In this document: positions 18,856 through 27,991 of the stretch, piece by piece
Numbering within the stretch: position 1 is the first letter of the stretch
Layout: each line of letters opens with the position of its first letter
Assembly (NCBI GenBank): GCA_041659945.1
Contig: JBAZXH010000002.1
Span: forward strand, 127,415-191,414
Length of the DNA: 64,000 nucleotides
Reading direction: 5' to 3'
From: Candidatus Pacearchaeota archaeon
GTDB lineage: Archaea; Nanobdellota; Nanobdellia; Pacearchaeales; GW2011-AR1
The notes under the pieces: generated by a model
Told to the model about the DNA's origin: nothing
Databases searched by the model: none
The model's input: only the letters and a program-made list of their open reading frames with translations
Made by a program: the position numbers and the translations under genes

Positions 18856-21588
18856 ATGAAAAAATGTTTCTTTAAATTAGTTGTTGTTATGCTTTTTTTC
18901 ATGGTTTTTATGAATCTAATTAGTGCTGATTTTTTACTTGGAAATAAAAGTTATGAAATAAAAGATAAGTATTATATTAATGATGAGATGAGTGGTTGGA
19001 TAAACCTTAGTCTTGTTGATCAAAATTATTCTTCAATGATTTATGATAACCTTGGCAATGGATATACTTTAAAATATCTTTTAGAGAGATTAAAATTAAC
19101 CAATTATTCTTGCACTCCAAATGATTGTATGTCAAATTATGTTTCTAAGGGTATTGGTCTTGAATCAGAAAAGATAAGTTTAGTTAACAACCAGGATACC
19201 ATTAGGGGAATAAGTGTAAAAGGAAAAAGTATTGAGTTTAAAAGAGCGAAGCTATTGGTTTCAAGCAATAGTGGAAGTTCTTGTGACCCTCAGCTGAGCA
19301 TAGATATTGGAAATGATAATAGTTCTGACTGGGGAAACAGTAAATTTATCAATGAACATTGTGGACAGGAGTTAAAGTCCAGTTGTGATGTTGGATATTT
19401 TCCTCTTGGTTTGGTAATTGCTGAACAACCTTATTGTGAGAATATAACCTTGCCAAAAGCTCCGGCCTTTGAAATTAGAGCTATGATTAAAAGAGATGAT
19501 AGCGGAGTTTCTCCGGGTTTTTATGATGGATTATTAAAGGCTTGGGTATATAATAGTAAGGGGGAGCTTGTTGGTAACTGCAATCTGACAAAACCTACAA
19601 ATAGTTGGGGAGTAAGTTCGTGTTTAGTAAAATATGTTTCTAAAGAAAATGTAGGACATTATGTTTGTGTTTCTGGAAGAGAGGGCAGTAAACTAACGGG
19701 GTACTTAATTCAGGGTAAAGATGCGTCGGTTTTTTGTGGGTTTATGGGAGATCCGGCACAGACAAGAGAGTTTACAAAGGATTATAATATTAGGGCCGTG
19801 GCAAAGAAATTTGATACAATCGGAAGTATAAGAATAAATGACAGTACATTTAATGAACAAAACCTTGTAACACTAAGTACATATCTTAATAGTTATATAG
19901 CTAATAAATACCGAGGGGATTGTTCAAAGGAATGCGTTATACCGATTAAATTCTCGGGTATAAATCAGGAGATTGTTTTGGGTAATATAAGCTTTGAATA
20001 TCTGTCTGATGGGGGCATAATATCCTCAAATAGACTATATAACATTGGTAAATCTGAAGTCTTGGTAAAATCTCCCTTTTTCATAATTAATTTAGATAGT
20101 TTAAACTTTTCTATACCAACAAGAGAGGGAAATAGTACTTGGCAGTTTTATGTTGGAGATAAAAAAGCAATAGAAAAGGAAATTAAAGTTAGTAGGGAAA
20201 GTGGGTTGAGAATTTCACAAATTTACCCTACAGATGCAACGGTTTTAACAGATGTTAATTTTTTGGCTATAATTGCCATGGATATTAACCTTAGTGAATC
20301 AGGCATTTACCTTAATTGGGACTATGGTGATGGTAAAATGCAAAGAACTGATGATGTAAGAAGTAGCCATACCTATGAGGCTGTTGGAAATTATACTATC
20401 TCAATAAAAATAATCAATGGAAGCGAAGAGGTTTCGGAGTATTCTACACAAATTAAGATAAATTCTGCAAGAGATCTTGTTGGTAGTATTTTAAGTGATT
20501 ATAAATCTAAATTAAGCTCAATAAGATCTGAAATAAGTATATTACCAAGTGAGTATCAGGATAAAATAAAAGAGAAGTTAAAAATTGATGATATTGAGGC
20601 AATAATTAAAGATGTTGAGGGATCATATGGGCAGTTATCTACAACTGTTGGAACAAAGGACCAGGAGTACACTAGCTTAATGAATCAGTTAAAATCAATA
20701 GACATGCCTCAATTAATCAAATCTGACAGTAAAATTAATAGTATCTTTGTTAATGATGTAAATAATATTGATCTGGATAAGTTGGTTACATTATTTGATG
20801 ATGAGAGTTATAGTGAGGGCCAAGATAGCGAATATAAATGGGAAATTTATAAGTGGTCATTGGAAAATATTCAAACTATGATGAACTATGAATCTTTATC
20901 GGTTTACTATAAAGATCGATATGAAACTCTTTTAAGTAAGTTTAGTATAACTTTCACACCAAAAACAACAATAGACTACCCAGTTTATTTAATAATTAAT
21001 CAAGATATGGAAAATCTTGTATTGGGTGAATCTTATAATGTTTCTGAAGATTTAGGATATATTGGAGTTCTTTTAGACTTGAGTAGTACAAAGACAGTAA
21101 GTTTTGCAACTTTTGAAAAAATTTCTCCATATGAACTACCTATTTTTATAAGTCCAACATTGAGTGTAGTTAATCTTGATGATGAAGGTGGTGGTGGAAC
21201 GATAAATGAAGCAAGTCCAAGGGGCCTCTTAGTTGGCCTGGGTATTGGAGTTCTCTTATTTTTTGCCATAACTGCTTACTTTTTCATGCAAAAATGGTAT
21301 AAAACTAACTATGAAAAAAGTTTGTTTAAAGATAAGAATCAATTGTTTAATCTAATGAATTTTGTATCAAATGCAAAAAGACAGAATATGCCTGAAAAAG
21401 AAATAAGAAAAAGATTAGGGTATCAAAAATGGAAAGCTGAGCAGGTGAATTATGCACTTAAAAAATTTTCAAAACCTAATGTTCATATGAAACCTGGACA
21501 AACCAAACCTAATGCAAAAAAACCTTTATTCTCACTTTTCAAAAAAAAGAGTCTTCCTGAGACGAAAGAGAGAAGAATAGCTTATTAA
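18856..21588 (+). CDS. Large type I membrane surface protein (signal peptide, PKD-like domain, C-proximal TM, about 110-aa basic cytoplasmic tail)
   Basis: Signal peptide FMNLISADF. WDYGDGKMQRTDDVRSSHTYEAVGNYTISIKIIN is a PKD signature. The TM is LLVGLGIGVLLFFAITAYFFM, followed by a K-rich tail. Confidence 0.8.
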   Translation: MKKCFFKLVVVMLFFMVFMNLISADFLLGNKSYEIKDKYYINDEMSGWINLSLVDQNYSSMIYDNLGNGYTLKYLLERLKLTNYSCTPNDCMSNYVSKGIGLESEKISLVNNQDTIRGISVKGKSIEFKRAKLLVSSNSGSSCDPQLSIDIGNDNSSDWGNSKFINEHCGQELKSSCDVGYFPLGLVIAEQPYCENITLPKAPAFEIRAMIKRDDSGVSPGFYDGLLKAWVYNSKGELVGNCNLTKPTNSWGVSSCLVKYVSKENVGHYVCVSGREGSKLTGYLIQGKDASVFCGFMGDPAQTREFTKDYNIRAVAKKFDTIGSIRINDSTFNEQNLVTLSTYLNSYIANKYRGDCSKECVIPIKFSGINQEIVLGNISFEYLSDGGIISSNRLYNIGKSEVLVKSPFFIINLDSLNFSIPTREGNSTWQFYVGDKKAIEKEIKVSRESGLRISQIYPTDATVLTDVNFLAIIAMDINLSESGIYLNWDYGDGKMQRTDDVRSSHTYEAVGNYTISIKIINGSEEVSEYSTQIKINSARDLVGSILSDYKSKLSSIRSEISILPSEYQDKIKEKLKIDDIEAIIKDVEGSYGQLSTTVGTKDQEYTSLMNQLKSIDMPQLIKSDSKINSIFVNDVNNIDLDKLVTLFDDESYSEGQDSEYKWEIYKWSLENIQTMMNYESLSVYYKDRYETLLSKFSITFTPKTTIDYPVYLIINQDMENLVLGESYNVSEDLGYIGVLLDLSSTKTVSFATFEKISPYELPIFISPTLSVVNLDDEGGGGTINEASPRGLLVGLGIGVLLFFAITAYFFMQKWYKTNYEKSLFKDKNQLFNLMNFVSNAKRQNMPEKEIRKRLGYQKWKAEQVNYALKKFSKPNVHMKPGQTKPNAKKPLFSLFKKKSLPETKERRIAY

Positions 21589-21673
21589 TTTAGATAGTTT
21601 ATCGACGGAATAAGAAACAGTTATGATCAAGGATAAAAACCTTTAAAAACAAATTTTGTTATACTAAGTTAAA

Positions 21674-22309
21674 ATGGTGAAATTAAATATATTTAATAAT
21701 TTTTCGAAAATTTTCTTGAGGTTATTTAAAAAGAGAAAAAATGTTAGCTTGGGGTTTTATGGACCACCAAATGCTGGAAAAACTAGTCTTGCAAATAAAA
21801 TATGTAAAGATTGGACAGGAGAGGAAATTGGAATTGTTAGTGCGGTTCCTCATGAAACAAGAAATGTACAGTTTAAGGAAAAGGTTGAAATAGACAATAA
21901 TGGTAAAAAGATGACATTTAAACTTGTTGATACTCCAGGAATTGCTACCAAGATTGATTATGAAGATTTTATTAAATTTGGTATAAAGAAAAAAGATGCT
22001 CAAAAAAGAGCTAAGGAAGCAACTCAGGGAGTAATTGATTCTATAAAATGGATTGAAGATATGGAAGCAGTGGTTGTTGTGCTTGATGCTACAAAAAATC
22101 CGTATTCACAGGTGAACATAACAATTATTGCAAATTTAGTTACTAGAAAAATACCTGTATTGATTGTAGCGAATAAGACAGACATAAAAAAGGCAGATGT
22201 TAAAAGAGTTGCTGATGCTTTCCCAGAATATCCGGTTATAGGAATTAGTGCAAAAACAGGAGAAAATATGGATAAATTTTATAGTGAGTTATTTAAATTA
22301 GTTCGATAA
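21674..22309 (+). CDS. Small GTP-binding protein (archaeal Era/MMR_HSR1-like GTPase)
   Basis: G1 GPPNAGKTS, G3 DTPG, G4 NKTD, G5 SAK. Confidence 0.75.
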   Translation: MVKLNIFNNFSKIFLRLFKKRKNVSLGFYGPPNAGKTSLANKICKDWTGEEIGIVSAVPHETRNVQFKEKVEIDNNGKKMTFKLVDTPGIATKIDYEDFIKFGIKKKDAQKRAKEATQGVIDSIKWIEDMEAVVVVLDATKNPYSQVNITIIANLVTRKIPVLIVANKTDIKKADVKRVADAFPEYPVIGISAKTGENMDKFYSELFKLVR

Positions 22310-22370
22310 ATAATAAAGTTTAAACTTTAAAAAGCATAAAAACATATAGTAAATGTAAAAAAGAGAAAAA

Positions 22371-22763
22371 ATGGCGTCAAAAAAACAAATAAAGGGTCTG
22401 ATGATTGAATTTATTCCCTATTCAGAAATTAGGAGTTTGGATAGTAGTGAGAGGATCAAGAAGATATTATCGCTTGTATTGGCAAATAAGATAATTATTC
22501 TTCAGGGAAAGTTAAAGCCTGAGGAAGAGACTCGATTAATTGAAGATACAATGGCTATGATTGGACATATTAAGAATTTTAAGGGAATTGAGCTAGCAGT
22601 TATTGGAAGTGAGAGAAAAATGGCTCTTTCTAGAAAACTAGCCACTGGAGTTGCCAAAATGCTGATTGGTGAGACGGCTGCAATGACTTTGATAGGTCCG
22701 GCATCAATTGTCAAAGATATTAAGAGAAATCCAAAAAAGATAGAGTTGTTGTTAAAGGGTTAA
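22371..22763 (+). CDS. Conserved archaeal protein, DUF2073-like (recalled partner of the GTPase)
   Basis: 130 aa directly downstream of the GTPase. Pattern ...IIILQGKLKPEEETRLIEDTMAMI...FKGIE. The family assignment is from memory and was not searched. Confidence 0.45.
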   Translation: MASKKQIKGLMIEFIPYSEIRSLDSSERIKKILSLVLANKIIILQGKLKPEEETRLIEDTMAMIGHIKNFKGIELAVIGSERKMALSRKLATGVAKMLIGETAAMTLIGPASIVKDIKRNPKKIELLLKG

Positions 22764-22765
22764 TA

Positions 22766-23161
22766 TTAAGGTTGGTATAACAATCCAGCATCTTCAATTC
22801 GTTTACCAATACCTGGAAAATGCATATCTTCTTCTTTTACAAAAACATAAGCATTTCGGAAACTATGAAGATGCTTAAATCCACCTAAAAATTCTGCAAC
22901 ATCTGGAACTTTTACCACACTATTTCCGGGCATTTGTCCGGTTCTTGCATATCTTCCATCAACTTTTGCAATTCCTGAAAGGTCAACAATTGCCTCACCA
23001 TCTTCAGTAATAGCGAATACTCCTTTTAAAGCGTACAGGTCATACTGGTGAATTGCTCTGCCAATAAAGTGATCTCCGGTAATTGGGATCTCTGATGGAA
23101 ATTGTCCGTGTTGAACTTTATTCCATCCAAACTCATCTAAAATATCCTTTAAGGTTCTCAT
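22766..23161 (-). CDS. Hypothetical protein (orphan, 131 aa)
   Basis: Clean ORF with TATA-like AATCTTTAAAAATA about 25-35 nt upstream on the minus strand. No motif recognised. Confidence 0.55.
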   Translation of the reverse strand: MRTLKDILDEFGWNKVQHGQFPSEIPITGDHFIGRAIHQYDLYALKGVFAITEDGEAIVDLSGIAKVDGRYARTGQMPGNSVVKVPDVAEFLGGFKHLHSFRNAYVFVKEEDMHFPGIGKRIEDAGLLYQP

Positions 23162-23235
23162 AAAAGTATAATTTCTATGTTATTTTTAAAGATTTATATT
23201 ATTTTGTTGATAGATTGAGTTGTTTTATTACAAGA

Positions 23236-23247
23236 AAATATATAAAG
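23236..23247 (+). promoter_or_regulatory. TATA box for the Zn-ribbon gene (leaderless spacing)
   Basis: AAATATATAAAG is centred about 26 nt upstream of ATG 23268. Confidence 0.45.
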
Positions 23248-23267
23248 TCCGCGATTGTTAGGAGATT

Positions 23268-23741
23268 ATGCCACATCAATGCGTTCACTGTTCTAAGATT
23301 TATCCAAATGCTTCTAAAGAGCTGTTGGAAGGTTGTAGCTGTGGCAGCCATTTCTTCTTTTTTATGTCTGATAATGCATTTCAAAATGCTACAATAAGGG
23401 ATGAGATGTCAAGCATCAAAGGGCAGGTTGATCCAAATTCTGAGAATGTTTCTTTTGAAAGACAAAGAGAAAGAGGAAGCCAAAAACCTTCAAGTCCTCT
23501 AGCTATTGAACTAACCCAAGAGGAGAAAAAAGAGATAGAAAAAGAGGTTAGAGAGATAATGGGAATTCATGATGATGAAACTCCGGTTATTCTGGATGTT
23601 GAATCCATAAGAGTTTTGGGTCCTGGAAAGTTTGAACTTGATATAATTAATTTATTTAATAAGAAAAGGCCTTTAATATATAAGCTTGAAGAGGGGAAAT
23701 ATATCATAGATTTAGCTTCTAGTATGAAGATGAATTCTTAG
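23268..23741 (+). CDS. Zn-ribbon protein, DUF2072/COG3364-like
   Basis: N-terminal CVHC...17 aa...CSCGS zinc ribbon, an acidic/K-rich linker and a conserved C-terminal domain. Confidence 0.5.
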   Translation: MPHQCVHCSKIYPNASKELLEGCSCGSHFFFFMSDNAFQNATIRDEMSSIKGQVDPNSENVSFERQRERGSQKPSSPLAIELTQEEKKEIEKEVREIMGIHDDETPVILDVESIRVLGPGKFELDIINLFNKKRPLIYKLEEGKYIIDLASSMKMNS

Positions 23742-23749
23742 GTTTGAAA

Positions 23750-24028
23750 ATGCCACATATTAGAAGAAGTAAAAGATTGTATAGGGGTCCTGAATCTAAA
23801 ATAGAAGCTAGGATAAGAAAAAGAGGTTTTACAGATTTAAAATGGTGTCCTGCAGCTCCAGAAGGTCATTGTTTTGATGATATGGGTTGGATATTATATG
23901 CATGTCCTAAAAATTATAAAGGGCCTTATGAGGATTATAGGGAGGAAGTAGCGTGTTCTATTGTGGATCCTAAACATCAACTTAATGGAACATTAGGATA
24001 TAGATTATTAAGATGGACAAACAATTAA
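23750..24028 (+). CDS. Hypothetical small protein (orphan, about 92 aa)
   Basis: ORF MPHIRRSKRLYRGPES...; ATG 23750 is preferred over TTG 23744. No motif recognised. Confidence 0.45.
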   Translation: MPHIRRSKRLYRGPESKIEARIRKRGFTDLKWCPAAPEGHCFDDMGWILYACPKNYKGPYEDYREEVACSIVDPKHQLNGTLGYRLLRWTNN

Positions 24029-24151
24029 TTCTTATTGTGCATTTTCAAATGCTAAAAGATTATTTATAAAACTTTAAACATAAAAAACCAGAGGTTTTTT
24101 GGCTTAAAGATTCGTGAGAATCTTTAAATAATCTTTTTACTACTTGTTTAT

Positions 24152-25471
24152 ATGACTTTAATTAGTGTATTGGAAGAGGAGATAAAAAGGGTGAAACCAT
24201 CTGTTGCTGAGAAAAAGCGTATAGAACAGATTTCTAAGTTAGTTGTAAACGAACTTGAAAGTAGGATAAAAAGTAAACGAATAAAGGCCAGTGTTTTTAT
24301 TGGTGGGAGCGTTGCAAAGGGAACTCTTGTTAAAAAAGATAAACAGGACATAGATATGTTTGTTAGATTTGATAGTTCATATGATGAAGATGAGCTAAAG
24401 AAGCTGTTTGGAAAGTTATTTTCATTTTTTAAGATAAGAGGACATAAAATTCAAGTTGAGAAACATAAAGGCTCAAGAGATTATATGAGAATCTTATTTA
24501 GGGAAGAAAAAATTATGGTGGAAGTTGTACCTACAATAAAAGTTCTTAATGATAAGGAAGCAAGAAACATAACAGATCTGTCTTTTTTTCATGTTAGTTA
24601 TATAAAACAAAAGATAAAAAAGCAACCTGGACTGGCTGATGAAATAATACTTGCTAAAGCTTTTTGTCACGGACAAAATGTCTATGGAGCTGAATCCTAC
24701 ATAAACGGATTTTCGGGTTATGCTCTGGAATTATTAGTCTGTCATTATGGTAGCTTTGTTAACTTTTTGAAAGAATTGGCCTATTCAAGAGGTGTTGGTA
24801 ATGGAGGAGTTATAATTGATATTGAGAAACTTTATTCTGGTAAAGAAGAAGTTTTAGCTAAGATAAATCCTTCAAAAAAACAATCTCCAATAATTTTAAT
24901 AGACCCGACATTTAAGGAAAGAAATGTTGCAATGGCTCTTTCTCATGAAACATTTCAAAGATTTAAGATAGCTGCTAGAGATTTTTTAGCAAAGCCTAGC
25001 TTGGAATTTTTTGAGGTTAAAAATGTAGATCCGGTAGAAATTGAAGAGCTAGCTGGTAAAAGTCTTGCTTTGTATTTAGCTCTTGAGGTTAGCACAAACA
25101 AACAGGATGGTGATATAGCTGGAACTAAACTGAAAAAGTTTTATAGAGTATTTTTAAACCATGTTAGAAAATCGTTTGATGTTGTTGAGAGTCATTTTGT
25201 TTATGATGATGCTAAAAATGCAAAGTTATATTTTATTTTAAAACGAAAAAAAGAGCTTGAATTTATCGGGCCTCCAACAGAATTAAAAGATGCTGTTGTT
25301 CGCTTTAAAAAAGAACATCCTATTTGGTATGTTAAAAATGGTAAGGTTTGTGCTGCAAAAGATCCTAACATTAAATTGAGTAAATTTATTTCAGATTTTA
25401 AAAGTAAAGATAGAAAGTTGCTAAAGCAGATGTCAATTACAAATCTTACTCTTCTCTCGTCTCGAGGATAG
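24152..25471 (+). CDS. cca: CCA-adding enzyme (archaeal class I tRNA nucleotidyltransferase)
   Basis: GGSVAKGTLVKKDKQDIDMFVRF nucleotidyltransferase motif; about 440 aa, an archaeal CCA-like length and layout. Confidence 0.8.
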   Translation: MTLISVLEEEIKRVKPSVAEKKRIEQISKLVVNELESRIKSKRIKASVFIGGSVAKGTLVKKDKQDIDMFVRFDSSYDEDELKKLFGKLFSFFKIRGHKIQVEKHKGSRDYMRILFREEKIMVEVVPTIKVLNDKEARNITDLSFFHVSYIKQKIKKQPGLADEIILAKAFCHGQNVYGAESYINGFSGYALELLVCHYGSFVNFLKELAYSRGVGNGGVIIDIEKLYSGKEEVLAKINPSKKQSPIILIDPTFKERNVAMALSHETFQRFKIAARDFLAKPSLEFFEVKNVDPVEIEELAGKSLALYLALEVSTNKQDGDIAGTKLKKFYRVFLNHVRKSFDVVESHFVYDDAKNAKLYFILKRKKELEFIGPPTELKDAVVRFKKEHPIWYVKNGKVCAAKDPNIKLSKFISDFKSKDRKLLKQMSITNLTLLSSRG

Positions 25472-25727
25472 CTCTTTTTACTACTTTGGTGGGCTTATAA
25501 ATTCTTGGTGCTTCGGGACATGAGGGTGTGTAATTTCCAGAAGCTTGTGTAGCAAGAGATGTTAATTCAACATACTCTCTAGTGCTAATGTCTCCAAGTC
25601 TTCTAGACTGATCAAGGTCAGGTATTTGTGAAAAACCTGAAAAAAGACTGTCTTTATGAAAATATTGATGAGTGGGTTGTCTGCCATCAGGGTAAATTGT
25701 AGTTACAACTCTAAGATGTCTTTTCAT
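25446..25727 (-). CDS. Small protein, paralog 3 of a tandem trio (M-x-RHL-R/K-VV N-terminus)
   Basis: MKRHLRVVTT...THQYFHKD...ELTSLATQ aligns with the two upstream genes. GGTGA lies about 10-14 nt upstream of the ATG. The 3' end overlaps the cca 3' end by 26 nt. Confidence 0.55.
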   Translation of the reverse strand: MKRHLRVVTTIYPDGRQPTHQYFHKDSLFSGFSQIPDLDQSRRLGDISTREYVELTSLATQASGNYTPSCPEAPRIYKPTKVVKRAILETREE

Positions 25728-25736
25728 TTTAATATT

Positions 25737-26021
25737 TCACCATTTTATATCATCTAGGGGATAATTAAATGTAGCTTTGCTATAAGTTCTGTCTGGAGTA
25801 GTTGAGCCACTTACTGGGGACTGTTGTCTTTGAAGATATGCCTCATTTTGAGTAATTAGGGTACTAAGAAAGACATAAATCGGGCTAGTTGTAATTGCCT
25901 CGTTTGCATCCTGAGGAGGAGAGGGTACTTCATGATATTTTAACCATTCTCTTTCAAAACATTGATGACAAATATTACCTTTTCCATCAATTTTTGAAAC
26001 AACTTTTAGATGTCTTGCCAT
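25737..26021 (-). CDS. Small protein, paralog 2 of the tandem trio
   Basis: MARHLKVVSK...CHQCFERE...FLSTLITQ. Own TATA (ATTTATAAATAAA) upstream. Confidence 0.55.
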   Translation of the reverse strand: MARHLKVVSKIDGKGNICHQCFEREWLKYHEVPSPPQDANEAITTSPIYVFLSTLITQNEAYLQRQQSPVSGSTTPDRTYSKATFNYPLDDIKW

Positions 26022-26069
26022 TTTAATTAGAAATATATTGGCTTTTTAAAGATTTATTTATAAATCTAA

Positions 26070-26378
26070 TTAGTTAATTACTGGTCTATTAATTCTGATA
26101 ACTGCATCACTATGAGCTTCAAAGGCAGCTAAATCCGGAGTATGTGCTTCAAAACATTGTCTAGATAAACCACTAAGAGTTAAAAAGGTAGATTGATATC
26201 TTTCATATTGGCTACTGCTTTGTGAGATTTCTACAAGTTCTACAGGACATTTTGTATCAAGTTTTCCCTCACCAGTACCCATAAGATATTTTTGTACAAT
26301 TCTACGGGTTTCAAAGAAATCTGTTTTAGGAGCATAGCCCGTTACAACCCTAAGATGAACTTTCTTTAATGTTGACAT
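26070..26378 (-). CDS. Small protein, paralog 1 of the tandem trio
   Basis: MSTLKKVHLRVVTG...VQKYLMG...STFLTLSG. Starts 14 nt after the TrmB stop. Confidence 0.55.
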   Translation of the reverse strand: MSTLKKVHLRVVTGYAPKTDFFETRRIVQKYLMGTGEGKLDTKCPVELVEISQSSSQYERYQSTFLTLSGLSRQCFEAHTPDLAAFEAHSDAVIRINRPVIN

Positions 26379-26392
26379 TTTATTATCTCTTT

Positions 26393-27184
26393 TTATTTTG
26401 CAGCTATCTTTTTCATAGCCATTTCAAATAAAGAAGTGAAAGAATTAACAAAGAAGTCAGAGGAAAACCAAACAGCCATTTGCTCTTGGTTTTCTGTTGT
26501 TTCATTGAGCATGAACAAAATTTCTTTTTTATCAGCTACATAGAATGAAGCTGTTATGTCTATCTTTTTTATTTTAATGTTTAATCTATCTGCAATTTGT
26601 TTTATTTCAGCGTCTGCTCCGTTTAGAGCAATAATAAGTTTTATTCCGTTGTCAGAAACTTGTTTTAATAGGGGTTCTAAAAGTTTTATTCTCTTTTTTA
26701 TTTCAGCTACAGAAACACAGATGATTACTTCTTCTCTTGCAAGAGTTAGAACATCTGAAATTTGACTGTTAATATTTGTTCTGCCTCTGATAGTTCCTGA
26801 AAGATCTTGTTTTTTTATGACTTCTGATTTTGAAGAATGAAGTAATTCAAGTTCCTGATATTCTTTTGTGTCTTTTATGTTGGCTAACATGTTTATCTTT
26901 TCATTCATCTCTTCTGTAAGATTTTTCTTAAGTTTTTCAATAACTGCTATTGGTTTAACAGCAAAATACTTAACTGGTTTGCCAATTTTTTGCATTGCAA
27001 ATCCGTTCTTTTCAAGAGATTCTAAAACATCATAGGTTCTTGATCTTGGAACACCAGAAATCTCTGCAATTTCACCTGCAGAAGCTACACCTTTGCTAAG
27101 TAAAGCTAGCCAAACTTTGGTTTCATAGATATTTAACCCAAAATAATCTTTTACTTTATTAACTAAATCCGGTTTTACGACCAT
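26393..27184 (-). CDS. TrmB-family transcriptional regulator
   Basis: N-terminal wHTH LGLNIYETKVWLALLSKGVASAGEIAEISGVPRSRTYDVLESLEKNGF plus a C-terminal TrmB-type domain. Confidence 0.8.
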   Translation of the reverse strand: MVVKPDLVNKVKDYFGLNIYETKVWLALLSKGVASAGEIAEISGVPRSRTYDVLESLEKNGFAMQKIGKPVKYFAVKPIAVIEKLKKNLTEEMNEKINMLANIKDTKEYQELELLHSSKSEVIKKQDLSGTIRGRTNINSQISDVLTLAREEVIICVSVAEIKKRIKLLEPLLKQVSDNGIKLIIALNGADAEIKQIADRLNIKIKKIDITASFYVADKKEILFMLNETTENQEQMAVWFSSDFFVNSFTSLFEMAMKKIAAK

Positions 27185-27343
27185 TTTTATTGTGTTTCTA
27201 ATTATTTATTATCCTTCCCAAAATTGGGCAGATGTATTAACTGAATAGCAGTTGCACCTGTTTATAAACCTTTCGCTAGTGTTACTTTTCTCTAGTAGGC
27301 ACAAAACAGAAAGGCTTATAAATTAGAGATGAAAGAGGTTTTT

Positions 27344-27676
27344 ATGGAAAGATCTATTGGATTTACTGGTTGTGAAAGAGAAGATAAAAAGTCAATATAT
27401 GCGCCACTAGTTGGAGAAATAGTTACTGTTATGCTTCCTGGAGGAAGTATCAATGTGGGAAGATTGACAAGAACAACAGAATTATCTACCGAGTTATGTC
27501 CTTCTATAGTCAGAGAAGACCAATTTCATGGTAATGAAAAAGTAACAGTTTTGAGACTTGAAAGAACTAAACCATGTATTATGACTACAGGAGCTATAGT
27601 GGGTATGAACCCAATGAGTGAAAATTATTTAGACCAATTTAATGGTCACAGAGATTTAGATCATTTGTATCTATAA
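27344..27676 (+). CDS. Hypothetical small protein (orphan)
   Basis: TATA CTTATAAATT (27315-27324) is centred about 25 nt upstream of ATG 27344. The ORF-track start 27329 is too close to the TATA. Confidence 0.5.
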   Translation: MERSIGFTGCEREDKKSIYAPLVGEIVTVMLPGGSINVGRLTRTTELSTELCPSIVREDQFHGNEKVTVLRLERTKPCIMTTGAIVGMNPMSENYLDQFNGHRDLDHLYL

Positions 27677-27732
27677 TTCTTAAACTATGAGTAATATAAA
27701 TATTTATAAATAGTAGGATATGAAGAAGTTAT

Positions 27733-27978
27733 ATGACAGATGAATTATCTACATTGATTGCATCACATAAAGTTGAATGTAGAGGTATAGATAGAGATGG
27801 ACAACCTGCATTTGGAGAAGGAAAGCCATGTACTGCTATAATAAATGTTTATGACAGTGGAAGTACTGTGGTTTTATGTAGATATTTTGATCCTGCAAAT
27901 ACTAGCTGTAACCCTCAATTAAGAAAGGGTTCTCAAAGAGAGGATTTGGGTGACTGCATCTATGAAGTTAGTAATTAA
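27733..27978 (+). CDS. Hypothetical small Cys-containing protein (orphan, 81 aa)
   Basis: TATA TTTATAAATA (27703-27712) lies about 26 nt upstream of the ATG. Confidence 0.5.
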   Translation: MTDELSTLIASHKVECRGIDRDGQPAFGEGKPCTAIINVYDSGSTVVLCRYFDPANTSCNPQLRKGSQREDLGDCIYEVSN

Positions 27979-27991
27979 TTCAAATTAATTC

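Noticed and set aside
23199-23397. Two overlapping 60-61-aa ORFs on opposite strands in the 23.2-23.4 kb region
   Set aside because: They cover the divergent promoter region and the 5' end of the Zn-ribbon gene, which has a correctly spaced TATA box and a conserved CxxC...CxC ribbon.
27344-27676. Possible Sm/LSm-like fold for the 27344 and 47175 orphan proteins (G..V.V..P.G....G.L segment)
   Set aside because: The resemblance is a short, loose pattern. The Sm1/Sm2 motifs are not convincingly present, so it is mentioned only as something a profile search could test.
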